Source: Caloramator sp. (GTDB lineage Bacteria > Bacillota > Clostridia > Clostridiales > Caloramatoraceae). Taken from it: DNA of 64,000 nt. The position numbers were made by a program, and so were the translations under genes. The notes under the pieces are model-generated. The model was not told where the DNA came from, made no database searches, and saw only the letters and a program-made list of their open reading frames with translations. The first letter of the stretch is position 1. Each line of letters opens with the position of its first letter. The stretch spans positions 1,986-65,985 of the forward strand of contig JAOAAJ010000103.1 of assembly GCA_026418935.1 (NCBI GenBank), read 5' to 3'. Below, piece after piece: positions 39,675 to 50,346 of the stretch.

Positions 39675-41015
39675 ATGGCTTTTGAAGGGCTTACGTCTAA
39701 GCTTCAAGAAACATTTAAAAAATTAAGGGGTAAGGGTAAATTAACTGAAAAGGACGTAAAGGATGCAATGCGTGAAGTTAAATTAGCCCTTCTTGAAGCT
39801 GATGTTAATTATAAAGTTGTTAAGGATTTTGTTAATAGTGTTTCTGAAAGGGCTGTTGGAGAAGAGGTAATGGAGAGCCTTACTCCTGCACAGCAGGTTA
39901 TTAAAATAGTTAATGAAGAATTAATTAAATTAATGGGAAGCACAGAAAGTAAACTAAAACCAGCCAATAATCCACCTACAATAATTATGTTGGTTGGTCT
40001 TCAGGGTGCAGGTAAAACTACAATGGCCGCAAAACTTGCACTTCATTTAAAAAAGCATAATAAAAAGCCGCTTCTTGTGGCTGCAGACGTATATAGACCA
40101 GCTGCTATAAAGCAGCTACAGATATTGGGTAACCAAATTGATATACCAGTTTTCAGCTTGGGTGATAAGGTAAATCCAGTGGATATTGCTAAAGCTGGTA
40201 TAGAAAATGCAAAAAAGTTAGAAAGGGATTATGTTATTATAGATACTGCTGGGCGTCTTCATATAGATGAAGAGCTTATGCAGGAACTTAAAAATATAAA
40301 ATCCGAAGTTAAACCTAATGAAATTCTATTAGTTGTAGATGCAATGACAGGACAGGATGCTGTTAACGTTGCTGAACACTTTAATAATAATCTTGAGCTA
40401 ACTGGTGTAATACTAACCAAGTTAGATGGTGACACCAGAGGTGGAGCTGCTATATCAGTAAAGGCAGTTACAAATACACCAATAAAGTTTGTAGGTACTG
40501 GTGAAAAATTAAATGATTTTGAAGTATTCCATCCAGATAGAATGGCCTCAAGAATCCTTGGAATGGGAGATATATTGAGTCTAATAGAAAAAGCTCAAGA
40601 GGCTATTGATGAAAAGAAGGCTGCAGAGCTTGAAAAGAAAATATTAAGCCAAGAATTCACACTTGAAGATTTTCTTGATCAGATGCAGCAGATGAAAAAG
40701 ATGGGACCATTGAAGGATTTGGTTAAGATGATTCCTGGTGTAGATGCATCAAAGTTAGGTGATATGGAAGTTAATGAAAAGGAACTACTACATGCTGAAG
40801 CAATTATTAAATCTATGACAAAAGAAGAGAGAAGAAATCCTTCAATAATAAATGCAAGTAGAAAAAAGAGAATAGCAAAAGGTTCAGGAACTTCAATTCA
40901 AGAAGTTAATAAGCTATTAAATGGGTTTGAACAGGCAAGAAAGATGATGAAGCAATTTGGAGATATGCAAAAAAACATGAAAAAAGGGAAATTTAAATTT
41001 CCTTTCTTTAAATAA
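39675..41015 (+). CDS. ffh: Signal recognition particle protein
   Basis: [31 protein letters not shown], Met-rich M domain. Confidence 0.98.
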   Translation: MAFEGLTSKLQETFKKLRGKGKLTEKDVKDAMREVKLALLEADVNYKVVKDFVNSVSERAVGEEVMESLTPAQQVIKIVNEELIKLMGSTESKLKPANNPPTIIMLVGLQGAGKTTMAAKLALHLKKHNKKPLLVAADVYRPAAIKQLQILGNQIDIPVFSLGDKVNPVDIAKAGIENAKKLERDYVIIDTAGRLHIDEELMQELKNIKSEVKPNEILLVVDAMTGQDAVNVAEHFNNNLELTGVILTKLDGDTRGGAAISVKAVTNTPIKFVGTGEKLNDFEVFHPDRMASRILGMGDILSLIEKAQEAIDEKKAAELEKKILSQEFTLEDFLDQMQQMKKMGPLKDLVKMIPGVDASKLGDMEVNEKELLHAEAIIKSMTKEERRNPSIINASRKKRIAKGSGTSIQEVNKLLNGFEQARKMMKQFGDMQKNMKKGKFKFPFFK

Positions 41016-41050
41016 ATTATGACAACGTGTATTGTAAGGAGGTGAAAATT

Positions 41051-41296
41051 ATGGCAGTAAAGATAAGATTAAGAAGAATGGGTGCTAAGAAGGCTCCTTT
41101 CTACAGAATAGTTGTTGCTGATTCAAGATCACCAAGAGATGGTAGATTCATTGAAGAAATAGGATACTACAATCCAATTGCTGAGCCAGCTGATATAAAG
41201 ATTGATGTTGAAAATGCAAAGAAGTGGTTAGCAAATGGAGCTCAACCATCAGATACAGTTAAGCTTCTATTTAAAAAAGCTGGTGTTATAGAATAA
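41051..41296 (+). CDS. rpsP: 30S ribosomal protein S16 (start ATG 41051)
   Basis: [31 protein letters not shown]. Confidence 0.98.
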   Translation: MAVKIRLRRMGAKKAPFYRIVVADSRSPRDGRFIEEIGYYNPIAEPADIKIDVENAKKWLANGAQPSDTVKLLFKKAGVIE

Positions 41297-41311
41297 TGGA
41301 GGTGGATTACC

Positions 41312-41539
41312 ATGAAGGAATTGGTTGAGGTAATCGCCAAGTCACTTGTTGACAATCCTGATGAAGTTCAGGTAAAAGAAATATCTGGTGAGCAATCAGT
41401 TATAATTGAATTAAAGGTTGCTCCAGAGGATATGGGTAAGGTTATTGGTAAGCAAGGAAGAATTGCAAAGGCTATAAGAACTGTTGTTAAAGCCGCTGCA
41501 ATTAAAGAAAATAAAAGAGTAATAGTTGAAATAATATAA
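41312..41539 (+). CDS. khpA: KH-domain RNA-binding protein
   Basis: DMGKVIGKQGRIAKAIRTV; lies between rpsP and rimM. Confidence 0.93.
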   Translation: MKELVEVIAKSLVDNPDEVQVKEISGEQSVIIELKVAPEDMGKVIGKQGRIAKAIRTVVKAAAIKENKRVIVEII

Positions 41540-41540
41540 T

Positions 41541-41570
41541 AAAAAGAGTTAGGATTACCTAACTCTTTTT
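41541..41570 (+). terminator. Terminator after khpA
   Basis: AAAAAGAGTTAGG-atta-CCTAACTCTTTTT. Confidence 0.85.
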
Positions 41571-41592
41571 AACATAAAAGGGTGGTAATATT

Positions 41593-42096
41593 ATGAAAAA
41601 TTATTTAAAGGTTGGTCAGATAATAAATACCCACGGAGTTAAGGGAGAAGTTAAGGTTTATCCTCTAACTGATGATGTTAAAAGATTTAATAAGTTAAAG
41701 TTTGTATTTTTAAAGGATAAGGATACATATAATAAGATTAATGTTGAGGGAGTAAAGTACTTTAAAAATTTAGTAATTTTAAAATTAGAAGGCATAGATA
41801 ATATGACAGAGGCGGAAAAATATAAAAGAGTATATATATATGTAGATAGAGAAAATGCAGTTAAATTAGAAGAAGATGCTTATTTTATTGCTGATTTGAT
41901 TGGACTTGACGTTTATACTTTAGATGGAGAGTATTTAGGAAAAATAACAGATGTTTTTAGTACAGGTAGTAACGATGTATATGAAATTAAAAATGAGGAT
42001 AATAGTTTGCTTATACCTGCAATAAAGGATGTTGTTAAGGAAGTTGATTTAGATAATTCAATTATGAAAATTAATTTATTAGAGGGGTTAAGATGA
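41593..42096 (+). CDS. rimM: Ribosome maturation factor RimM
   Basis: GQIINTHGVKGEVKV, ADLIG, TGSNDVY, LIPAIK. Confidence 0.97.
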   Translation: MKNYLKVGQIINTHGVKGEVKVYPLTDDVKRFNKLKFVFLKDKDTYNKINVEGVKYFKNLVILKLEGIDNMTEAEKYKRVYIYVDRENAVKLEEDAYFIADLIGLDVYTLDGEYLGKITDVFSTGSNDVYEIKNEDNSLLIPAIKDVVKEVDLDNSIMKINLLEGLR

Positions 42097-42827
42097 AATT
42101 TGATGTATTAACTCTATTTCCTGAGATGTTTGAAGCATTAAACCATAGTATATTAAAAAAGGCACAAGATAGTGGTATAATAGAAATTAATACCATAAAT
42201 ATAAGAGATTTTTCAAATAATAAGCATAGGAAAGTTGATGATTACCCCTATGGTGGTGGTGCAGGTATGGTTATGCAGGCAGAACCAATATATAATGCAT
42301 TTGACCATATTATAGATAGATATGGTAAAAAGCCCTATACTATAATGATGTCGCCAAGGGGTAAAAGATTTGAACAAAGTGATGCTAAAAGGTTTCTTCA
42401 AAAAGAACATGTTGTAATTTTATGTGGTCACTATGAAGGAATTGATGAAAGAGTTTTAAGCATTGTAGATGAAGAAATTTCAATAGGAGATTTTGTTTTA
42501 ACAGGTGGAGAAATTGCCAGTATGGCGATAATTGATTGTATAAGTAGGTTAGTACCGGGTGTTTTACCTAAAGAAGAAAGTTATCAAGATGAGTCCTTTT
42601 ATGATGGTTTGTTAGAGTATCCACAGTATACAAGGCCAGAAGTTTTTAGAGGTATGAGAGTGCCAGAGGTATTGCTATCTGGTCATCACGAGAACATTAG
42701 AAGATGGAGAAAATATCAATCATTGAAAATAACCTATGAGAGAAGACCTGATTTGTTAAATAAAAAGAAATTAACCAAAGAAGAACAGGATATGTTAGAT
42801 GAAATAATAAAGTCAAAAGAAGAATAA
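42093..42827 (+). CDS. trmD: tRNA (guanine37-N1)-methyltransferase
   Basis: VDDYPYGGGAGMV, CGHYEGIDER, SIGDFVLTGGE, YTRP. Confidence 0.98.
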   Translation: MKFDVLTLFPEMFEALNHSILKKAQDSGIIEINTINIRDFSNNKHRKVDDYPYGGGAGMVMQAEPIYNAFDHIIDRYGKKPYTIMMSPRGKRFEQSDAKRFLQKEHVVILCGHYEGIDERVLSIVDEEISIGDFVLTGGEIASMAIIDCISRLVPGVLPKEESYQDESFYDGLLEYPQYTRPEVFRGMRVPEVLLSGHHENIRRWRKYQSLKITYERRPDLLNKKKLTKEEQDMLDEIIKSKEE

Positions 42828-42852
42828 AGAGTTAAAAATATGAAAAATATTG

Positions 42853-42881
42853 TTGATATATTTTACTTTATATGATATAAT
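42853..42881 (+). promoter_or_regulatory. sigma-A promoter of rplS
   Basis: TTGATA-17nt-TATAAT with extended TG. Confidence 0.75.
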
Positions 42882-42895
42882 TATCGTTGTGTAAA

Positions 42896-42932
42896 AAACG
42901 GGCGTTCCTCTGCAAAGGCACGAACGTCTATG
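42896..42932 (+). ncRNA. L19-leader-like structured 5' UTR
   Basis: GGGCGTTC...GAACGTCT stem enclosing a TGC-aaag-GCA hairpin, between promoter and rplS RBS; resembles the Firmicute L19 leader (Rfam scan not run). Confidence 0.6.
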
Positions 42933-42952
42933 AATAAAGGGAGGTAAAGGAC

Positions 42953-43300
42953 ATGGATATCATTAGAGCTATTGAAGCAGAACAATTAAGAAGTGATATT
43001 CCAAACTTTGGACCTGGAGATACTGTAAAGGTTCATGTAAAGGTTAAGGAAGGAAACAGAGAAAGAATCCAGGTTTTTGAAGGAATCGTTTTAAAGAGAC
43101 AAAATGGTGGTGTTAGAGAAACATTCACAGTAAGAAAGATTGCTTACGGTGTTGGTGTTGAAAGAACATTCCCAGTTCACTCACCAATGATTGACAAGAT
43201 CGAAGTTGTAAGAAGAGGTAAGGTAAGAAGAGCTAAGCTTTACTACCTAAGAAAGAGAGTAGGTAAGGCTGCTACAAAGGTTAAGGAAATTATGGACTAA
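42953..43300 (+). CDS. rplS: 50S ribosomal protein L19
   Basis: [36 protein letters not shown]. Confidence 0.98.
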   Translation: MDIIRAIEAEQLRSDIPNFGPGDTVKVHVKVKEGNRERIQVFEGIVLKRQNGGVRETFTVRKIAYGVGVERTFPVHSPMIDKIEVVRRGKVRRAKLYYLRKRVGKAATKVKEIMD

Positions 43301-43325
43301 TGGGGCTGAATATCAGTCCCATTTT
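43299..43325 (+). terminator. Terminator after rplS
   Basis: AATGGGGCTGA-ata-TCAGTCCCATT + TT. Confidence 0.7.
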
Positions 43326-43370
43326 ACTTTTATAGAATGTTTTTATATAATTACAAAAGGAGGGGATATA

Positions 43371-44240
43371 ATGAATATTCAGTGGTACCCAGGGCATATG
43401 GTGAAAACCAAAAGGCAGATAGAAGAGAGTTTAAAAATAATTGATGTTGTTATAGAACTTTTAGATGCAAGGATACCAATAAGCAGTAAAAATCCTGATA
43501 TAGATGAATTAATTAAAAATAAACCAAAGGTAGTGTTGCTAAATAAGTGTACTTTGGCTGATGAAAAAGTAACAAAGGAATGGATTAGATATTTTAAAGA
43601 TAAGGGAATATATGCTTTAGACATAGACTCAGTTTCTGGTAAAAATATATCAAGGGTATATCCAGTTTTAAAGGAGGCAGTTAAGGATAAATTTGAAAGA
43701 AAGGCTGCAAAGGGCATTGTAGGAAGACCAATACGTGCTCTCGTTGTAGGTATACCTAATGTAGGTAAATCTTCCTTTATAAATAAAATATCAAATAAAT
43801 CAAGTGCGAAAACAGGAGATTTACCTGGAGTTACAAGGTCTAAGCAGTGGATTAAAGTTAATAAGGAATTTGAGTTATTAGATACCCCAGGCATATTGTG
43901 GCCTAAATTTGAGGATGAAATGGTTGCACTGCATTTAGCCTATACAAAATCTATAAAGGAAGAAATTATTGATATAGAAGAATTGTCATTAAAATTTATT
44001 GAAGAGATGAAGCAAAAGTTTCCAAAGTACATAGCAGAAAGGTATAAAATAGATATTGAAGGATCAGCAATAGATGTATTGAAGGAAATAGGTAAAAAAA
44101 GGGGTTGCATTGTGTCTGGTGGTGAAATTGATACGTTGCGTGCTGCAAATATTCTTTTTGAGGATTATAGATCTGGTAAATTAGGAAAAATTACATTGGA
44201 GTTGCCAACATATGAAGAAGAGGTGCAAAATGAAGGTTAA
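43371..44240 (+). CDS. rbgA: Ribosome biogenesis GTPase RbgA/YlqF
   Basis: IQWYPGHM, DARIP, GIPNVGKSS, PGVT, LLDTPG. Confidence 0.96.
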   Translation: MNIQWYPGHMVKTKRQIEESLKIIDVVIELLDARIPISSKNPDIDELIKNKPKVVLLNKCTLADEKVTKEWIRYFKDKGIYALDIDSVSGKNISRVYPVLKEAVKDKFERKAAKGIVGRPIRALVVGIPNVGKSSFINKISNKSSAKTGDLPGVTRSKQWIKVNKEFELLDTPGILWPKFEDEMVALHLAYTKSIKEEIIDIEELSLKFIEEMKQKFPKYIAERYKIDIEGSAIDVLKEIGKKRGCIVSGGEIDTLRAANILFEDYRSGKLGKITLELPTYEEEVQNEG

Positions 44241-44985
44241 GGAGTTAGAGGAATTAATAAAAAATTCATCCTATGAAGAGTTTTTAAATCTAAAGGCTTC
44301 CTATTTTGATGAAGATAAGAAATCAATTGTTAATCTATTTCAAAAATATGAAAATAAGTTTAAGAAAAATCAAAAACTATTAGAAGAATATCGAAAAAGA
44401 CTAATCTATGAAAATGATTTGTTAAAAAAAGGATATAGGTTTATTGCAGGCGTTGATGAAGTAGGTAGAGGACCGCTGGCAGGTCCAGTATATGCAGCAG
44501 CTGTCATTTTAGATTTAAGTAATCCTATATATGATATAAAGGATTCAAAAAAATTATCTGATATAAAAAGAAAGGAAATATCAGAAAAAATAAGAGCAAG
44601 CTGTATATCATATTCAATAGCCTCTGCGACAGAAAAAGAGATTGATGAATTAAACATATTATGTGCAACAAAGCTTGCTATGAAAAGAGCAATAGAGGGA
44701 CTTAGTATTAAACCAGATTTTATATTGATAGATGCTGTAAAACTTGATTTAGATATTGATTCATCATCATTAGTAAAGGGAGATGATCTATCTGTATCTA
44801 TTGGTGCTGCATCTATTATTGCTAAGGTTGAAAGGGACGAATTTATGGATAAAATTGCATTAAAATATCCCTTCTATTCATTTGATAAGAATAAAGGATA
44901 TGGCACTAAGGAACATATTGAGGCTATAAAAAAGTATGGACCTTGCGAAATACATAGAAGAAGCTTTTTAAAGAATATTATTTAG
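44230..44985 (+). CDS. rnhB: Ribonuclease HII (start ATG 44230)
   Basis: AGVDEVGRGPLAGPV, DSKKL, KGD, AASIIAK, NKGYGT, HRRSF. Confidence 0.96.
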   Translation: MKVKELEELIKNSSYEEFLNLKASYFDEDKKSIVNLFQKYENKFKKNQKLLEEYRKRLIYENDLLKKGYRFIAGVDEVGRGPLAGPVYAAAVILDLSNPIYDIKDSKKLSDIKRKEISEKIRASCISYSIASATEKEIDELNILCATKLAMKRAIEGLSIKPDFILIDAVKLDLDIDSSSLVKGDDLSVSIGAASIIAKVERDEFMDKIALKYPFYSFDKNKGYGTKEHIEAIKKYGPCEIHRRSFLKNII

Positions 44986-44994
44986 GGTGATGTT

Positions 44995-45354
44995 ATGAAT
45001 AATAGGGTATTGGGTAATTTAGGGGAAGAGGCTGCGAAGATTTTTTTAATTAAAAATGGATATAGAGTAGTTGAAACAAACTATAAAAATAATTTTGGAG
45101 AAATAGATATAGTTGCTATTGAAAAAGACTGTATTTCATTTATAGAGGTCAAAACTCGAAGTTCTGTAAAGTATGGGCTACCTTGTGAAGCAGTAAATTA
45201 TAAAAAAATTGAAAAGATAAAAAAGGTCGCATTAGGATATCTAAATGAAAATAGATTTAAAAGATATAATATAAGATTTGATGTAGTTGAAGTATATTTA
45301 GATAAAGACAGAAATACAGTTAAACAAATAAATTTAATAAAAGATGCCTTCTAA
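44995..45354 (+). CDS. yraN: YraN family putative nuclease
   Basis: LGNLGEEAA, GEIDIV, FIEVKTR, RFDVVEV. Confidence 0.93.
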   Translation: MNNRVLGNLGEEAAKIFLIKNGYRVVETNYKNNFGEIDIVAIEKDCISFIEVKTRSSVKYGLPCEAVNYKKIEKIKKVALGYLNENRFKRYNIRFDVVEVYLDKDRNTVKQINLIKDAF

Positions 45355-45384
45355 AAACCGTGAATTTTATTATTCACGGTTTTT
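45353..45384 (+). terminator. Terminator after yraN
   Basis: AAAAACCGTGAAT-N6-ATTCACGGTTTTT. Confidence 0.8.
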
Positions 45385-45465
45385 GTTTTATAAGATATTT
45401 ATGATTAAATTTTATTAAATAAGGATATAATTTACAATAAATTGTATTTTTAAGGGGAGGATTTT

Positions 45466-46986
45466 ATGATAAGTAGAATAAATTCAATTTTTTTAATGGG
45501 TTTAGATGGATATGTTTTAGATATAGAAGTTGATATACAAAATGGACTTCCTACCTTTAATATGGTTGGGCTACCGGATGCAGTTATTAAAGAGTCTAAA
45601 GAAAGAGTAAGAAGTGCAATTAAAAATTCTGGCCTTGAATTTCCTAAGGGTAAGGTATTGGTTAATTTTGCACCAGCATCTATAAAAAAAGAAGGGAATC
45701 ATCTTGATCTGCCAATAGCAATTTCAATTTTAAAGGCTTGTGGCTTGATTCGTGGTGATATAGAAAAAGACATTTTTGTAGGAGAACTTGCATTAAATGG
45801 TGAACTTCGTAGAGTAAGAGGTCTCCTTCCTATGATAATAGAAGCAAGGTCAAAGGGATTTAAAAGGGTATTTATTCCTATTGATAATATCAATGAAGTT
45901 AAGATGATAGATGGAATAGATATTTATACTATAAACAGCTTGAGAGAAGTTATAGATTATTTAAATGGAGATATTCAGTTAGAAAGGGTTGAAACAATAA
46001 AATATGATATTACAAAGGTAAAACATGGGGTTGACTTTAATGAAGTTAAGGGGCATAGTTTTGCTAAAAGGGCTGTTGAAATAGCTGCATCTGGGTTTCA
46101 CAATATATTAATGTATGGTCCCCCAGGCTCAGGAAAAACTATGATAGCACAAAGGATACCCACTGTTTTGCCATATCTAACGTATGAAGAAAGTTTAGAA
46201 GTATCAAAGGTATACAGTATAGTTGGAGCTTTGAAGGAAGAAAGCATGATTTTTTATCCACCTTTTAGAAGTCCACATGTTAATGTATCAACTAATTCTT
46301 TGATAGGAGGAGGAACGGTTCCAATTCCTGGTGAAGTTTCTTTGGCTCATAATGGTGTTTTATTTTTAGATGAATTTACTGAATTTAAAAGAGATGCACT
46401 TGAGGCTTTAAGACAGCCTCTTGAGGATGGAACAGTTACAGTATCAAGAGTTAAAGCAAAATATACTTTTCCAGCAAAGTTCATGCTTGTTGCAGCTATG
46501 AATCCTTGCCCTTGTGGTTATTATGGTTCAGATATTAAAGAATGTAAGTGTACAGAGGTACAGATAAAAAATTATTTATCAAAGGTATCTGGTCCTATTT
46601 TAGATAGAATAGATATACATATTGAACTTTCACCTGTTAAATTTGAAGAATTACAAGATAACAGGGATGATATAAGTTCTTATGAGATATTAAAAAAGGT
46701 TATAATGGCAAGAGAAATACAGGCAAAAAGATTTAAAAACGAAGGAATTTTATATAATTCAAATATGAAATCAAAACATATAAAAAAATATTGTAGGTTA
46801 GATAAGGATGCAGAAAAATTACTGGAAGATGCATATAAAAGATTTAATATGACAACCAGGTCCTATGCAAAAATACTAAAAATATCACGAACAATTGCTG
46901 ATTTAGAAGATAGTGAAAATATAAAATCAAATCATATAGCAGAGGCACTACAATATAGAAAATTAGATGGTACTCTATTTAAATAG
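45466..46986 (+). CDS. comM: YifB/ComM Mg-chelatase-like AAA+ ATPase
   Basis: VGLPDAVIKESKERV, GELALNG, GPPGSGKT, SLAHNGVLFLDE, LDRIDI. Confidence 0.92.
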   Translation: MISRINSIFLMGLDGYVLDIEVDIQNGLPTFNMVGLPDAVIKESKERVRSAIKNSGLEFPKGKVLVNFAPASIKKEGNHLDLPIAISILKACGLIRGDIEKDIFVGELALNGELRRVRGLLPMIIEARSKGFKRVFIPIDNINEVKMIDGIDIYTINSLREVIDYLNGDIQLERVETIKYDITKVKHGVDFNEVKGHSFAKRAVEIAASGFHNILMYGPPGSGKTMIAQRIPTVLPYLTYEESLEVSKVYSIVGALKEESMIFYPPFRSPHVNVSTNSLIGGGTVPIPGEVSLAHNGVLFLDEFTEFKRDALEALRQPLEDGTVTVSRVKAKYTFPAKFMLVAAMNPCPCGYYGSDIKECKCTEVQIKNYLSKVSGPILDRIDIHIELSPVKFEELQDNRDDISSYEILKKVIMAREIQAKRFKNEGILYNSNMKSKHIKKYCRLDKDAEKLLEDAYKRFNMTTRSYAKILKISRTIADLEDSENIKSNHIAEALQYRKLDGTLFK

Positions 46987-46995
46987 GTGATATAT

Positions 46996-48060
46996 ATGAG
47001 TTTAGAATATAATTTGTGGTTTTTTATGTTAAAGATTAATAGAAGAATAAAGAGAGAGATTTTAAATCTTAATATTACACCAGAAGAAATATTTAATAAA
47101 AACTTTGAAGATTTAGTACATATGGGTATTGATATGATTACGTCTGAATATATAATTAAAAATAAAAATTTAAAGCAGATTGAAGACTTAGTAAAACAGA
47201 TGGACAAGAAAAATTTTAAATTTACTTTTATAACAGATGAAGTATATCCATCTTCTTTAAAGACCATAGAAGATGCTCCCATAGGTTTATTTTACATAGG
47301 AAATATTATGTTACCTGAGAAGTTGTTAGCTATTGTTGGATCCAGAAGGGCAACTAATTATGGAAAAACAGTTGCATATAAAGTTAGCTTAGAACTATCA
47401 AAATACAATATAGGAATAGTTAGTGGTATGGCAAGAGGAATAGATACAGAAGCACATAATGGAGCTATAGATTTTAATGGATTTACTATTGCTGTTTTAG
47501 GTTCAGGTTTTAATAATATTTATCCAAAGGAAAATATAAAGTTAATGAATAAAATAGTCCAAAATGGTTGTGTTTTTACGGAATATTTACCTGATATTAA
47601 GCCCTATAGTTTTAATTTTCCAGAAAGAAATAGAATTATAAGTGGTTTATCTAATGCTGTTTTGGTGGTAGAAGCAGGGATAAACAGTGGTTCAATGATA
47701 ACAGTCAATTATGCTTTAGAACAGGGTAGAGATGTCTATGCAGTTCCAGGTGATATATATAAAGAACAAAGTAAGGGTTGTAATAAATTAATTAAGGAAG
47801 GTGCGAAATTAATAGATTCAGCTGATGATATACTCGAAGAATTTGGTATAAGAAACAGTATGCAGAAATATAATATAGAATTAGATGAGTACGAAAAGAA
47901 TATAATAAATTATATTAATGAAGGAAATTTAACCTTTGAGCAGATAAAGTTAAGGTGTAAATATGAGACGAGTTTTTTGTTGTCAAAATTAACTATTCTT
48001 GAATGTAAAGGAATAATTAAAAGGCTCTATGGTGGAAATTATGTTATTATAAAATCTTGA
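46996..48060 (+). CDS. dprA: DNA-processing protein DprA (start ATG 46996 preferred)
   Basis: AIVGSRRAT, VSGMARGID, FPERNRIISG, VVEAG, AVPG. Confidence 0.95.
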   Translation: MSLEYNLWFFMLKINRRIKREILNLNITPEEIFNKNFEDLVHMGIDMITSEYIIKNKNLKQIEDLVKQMDKKNFKFTFITDEVYPSSLKTIEDAPIGLFYIGNIMLPEKLLAIVGSRRATNYGKTVAYKVSLELSKYNIGIVSGMARGIDTEAHNGAIDFNGFTIAVLGSGFNNIYPKENIKLMNKIVQNGCVFTEYLPDIKPYSFNFPERNRIISGLSNAVLVVEAGINSGSMITVNYALEQGRDVYAVPGDIYKEQSKGCNKLIKEGAKLIDSADDILEEFGIRNSMQKYNIELDEYEKNIINYINEGNLTFEQIKLRCKYETSFLLSKLTILECKGIIKRLYGGNYVIIKS

Positions 48061-48084
48061 TTTTATAAAATTTTCTGTTATAAT
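48057..48084 (+). promoter_or_regulatory. sigma-A promoter of topA
   Basis: TTGATT-16nt-TATAAT with extended TG. Confidence 0.55.
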
Positions 48085-48119
48085 ACAGTTATTGCTAAAT
48101 AGTTACTGGAGGTGTTAGA

Positions 48120-50171
48120 ATGGCTCAATCCCTTGTAATAGTTGAGTCACCTGCAAAGGCAAAAACGATAGGGAAATTCTTAGGAAAAGGATATAAAATT
48201 GCAGCTTCTATGGGACATGTTAGAGATTTACCTAAAAGTCAATTAGGTGTTGATATAGATAATAATTACGAACCCAAATACATAACAATAAGAGGTAAGG
48301 GTAAACTTATTGACGAGTTAAAAAAGGAAGCAAAAAAATGTCAAAAGGTTTATCTTGCAACAGACCCAGATAGGGAAGGAGAGGCTATATCATGGCACCT
48401 TGCTACCATTCTGGGCCTTAATTTTAACGATGAGTGTAGAATAGAATTCCATGAAATAACCAAGAAAGCATTAAACGAAGCTATTAAAAATCCGCGTAAA
48501 ATAAATATGAATTTAGTTAATGCACAACAGGCAAGAAGAGTTTTAGATAGATTAGTTGGTTATGAAATTAGCCCTATTTTATGGAAAAAGGTTAAATGGG
48601 GTCTTTCAGCAGGTAGAGTACAATCAGTAGCAGTAAAACTAATATGCGAAAGGGAACAGGAAATAAATAGTTTTATACCTGAAGAATATTGGTCTATAAC
48701 TGCAAAGCTAAAGAATAAAAACAAGCAGTTTGAAGCTAAATTTTATGGTAGAGATAACGAAAAAATAGAACTAAAAAATAAAGAACAAGTTGATGAAATA
48801 TTAAAAGATTTAAAAGAAGCTCAATACAAAGTTATAAATGTTAAAAGGCAAGAAAAGAAAAAAAGTCCTCTTCCACCTTTTACAACAAGCTCATTACAAC
48901 AAGAGGCTTTCAAAAAGCTAAATTTTACAACTAAAAAGACTATGTCAATAGCACAACAGTTATATGAAGGTATAGATGTAAAAGGGGAAGGAACAGTAGG
49001 TCTTATTACTTATATGAGAACAGATTCGGTAAGAGTATCGGATGAAGCTCAAAAGGAGGCAAAGGATTACATACTTAATAATTATGGAAAAGAATATGTT
49101 CCTCAAGCTACAAAGAACTACAAAACTAAAGGAAATATTCAGGATGCCCATGAGGCAATAAGACCTACTTCTGTTAACAGACATCCAGATAATATAAAGG
49201 ATTCTTTGACTAATGATCAATATAAATTGTATAACTTAATTTGGAATAGATTTATAGCAAGTCAAATGTCTGAAGCAATATATGACACTACTTCTGTTGA
49301 TATTTCAGCAGGTGATTATCAGTTTAAGGCTACAGGTAGTATCTTAAAATTTAATGGATATTTGTCTGTATATCAACAAGAGGAAGATGAGAAGGAAGCA
49401 AAATTACCAGAAATCAATACAAATGATGTATTAACTTTAATTAATTTAGATAGCAAACAACACTTTACCCAACCACCAGCAAGATATACAGAAGCGACAT
49501 TAGTAAAGGTTTTAGAGGAAAAAGGTATTGGAAGACCAAGTACATATGCACCTATAATTAGTACCATACTAGAGCGTGGTTATGTTGAAAAGGAAAAGAA
49601 ATATTTTGTTCCTACAGAACTTGGTATAATTGTCACAGAACTTTTAAATGAGAACTTTAAAGATATAGTTGATGTTGAATTTACAGCAGAGATGGAGAAA
49701 AAATTAGATGAAATAGAAGAAGGACAAGAAAATTGGGTTGAAGTTGTGGATTCATTTTTTAAACCATTGAAAAAACAAATTGAAATAGCAGAGCAAACAA
49801 TAGAAAAAGTATCAATCGAAGAAAAGGTTGAAGTTACTGATATTAAGTGTGATAAGTGTGGAAGAAATATGGTTATTAAAAAGAGTAAGTATGGTAAATT
49901 CCTTGCTTGCCCTGGTTATCCTGAATGTAAAAATACTAAACCACTATTAGATGAACTTGATGTAAATTGTCCATTATGTGGTTCAAAGGTTGTTGTAAGA
50001 AGAAGTAAAAAAGGCAAGATATTTTACGGATGTAGTGATTTCCCAAAATGTAATTTCGTAAGCTGGGATAAACCTACAAATGAGAAATGCCCAAAATGTG
50101 GGGAAACACTTTATGAAAAGAATATTAAGGGAGATAAAAAGCTTGTATGTATAAATAAAAACTGCAAATAA
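48120..50171 (+). CDS. topA: DNA topoisomerase I
   Basis: IVESPAKA, ATDPDREGE, SAGRVQS, ITYMRTDS, C-terminal zinc ribbons. Confidence 0.98.
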   Translation: MAQSLVIVESPAKAKTIGKFLGKGYKIAASMGHVRDLPKSQLGVDIDNNYEPKYITIRGKGKLIDELKKEAKKCQKVYLATDPDREGEAISWHLATILGLNFNDECRIEFHEITKKALNEAIKNPRKINMNLVNAQQARRVLDRLVGYEISPILWKKVKWGLSAGRVQSVAVKLICEREQEINSFIPEEYWSITAKLKNKNKQFEAKFYGRDNEKIELKNKEQVDEILKDLKEAQYKVINVKRQEKKKSPLPPFTTSSLQQEAFKKLNFTTKKTMSIAQQLYEGIDVKGEGTVGLITYMRTDSVRVSDEAQKEAKDYILNNYGKEYVPQATKNYKTKGNIQDAHEAIRPTSVNRHPDNIKDSLTNDQYKLYNLIWNRFIASQMSEAIYDTTSVDISAGDYQFKATGSILKFNGYLSVYQQEEDEKEAKLPEINTNDVLTLINLDSKQHFTQPPARYTEATLVKVLEEKGIGRPSTYAPIISTILERGYVEKEKKYFVPTELGIIVTELLNENFKDIVDVEFTAEMEKKLDEIEEGQENWVEVVDSFFKPLKKQIEIAEQTIEKVSIEEKVEVTDIKCDKCGRNMVIKKSKYGKFLACPGYPECKNTKPLLDELDVNCPLCGSKVVVRRSKKGKIFYGCSDFPKCNFVSWDKPTNEKCPKCGETLYEKNIKGDKKLVCINKNCK

Positions 50172-50218
50172 TAAAATCAGAAAAATTGCACAAATCTTGT
50201 TGTAAAAATTAAAAAATT

Positions 50219-50225
50219 TGTCGAA
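50219..50225 (+). promoter_or_regulatory. Consensus Spo0A box TGTCGAA upstream of the hslVU-codY promoter
   Basis: Exact 7/7 match, ending 16 nt before the -35. Confidence 0.4.
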
Positions 50226-50241
50226 AATAATAAAAAATATG

Positions 50242-50270
50242 TTGCAATATCGTTTGCATTATGTTATAGT
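50242..50270 (+). promoter_or_regulatory. sigma-A promoter of hslV-hslU-codY
   Basis: TTGCAA-17nt-TATAGT with extended TG. Confidence 0.65.
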
Positions 50271-50346
50271 TATATTGCTGATGGGAAATAAACAATTCAA
50301 AAAATTTTAAAAAATGATTTTAAAAATGGCATTGGGGGTTATTAGT

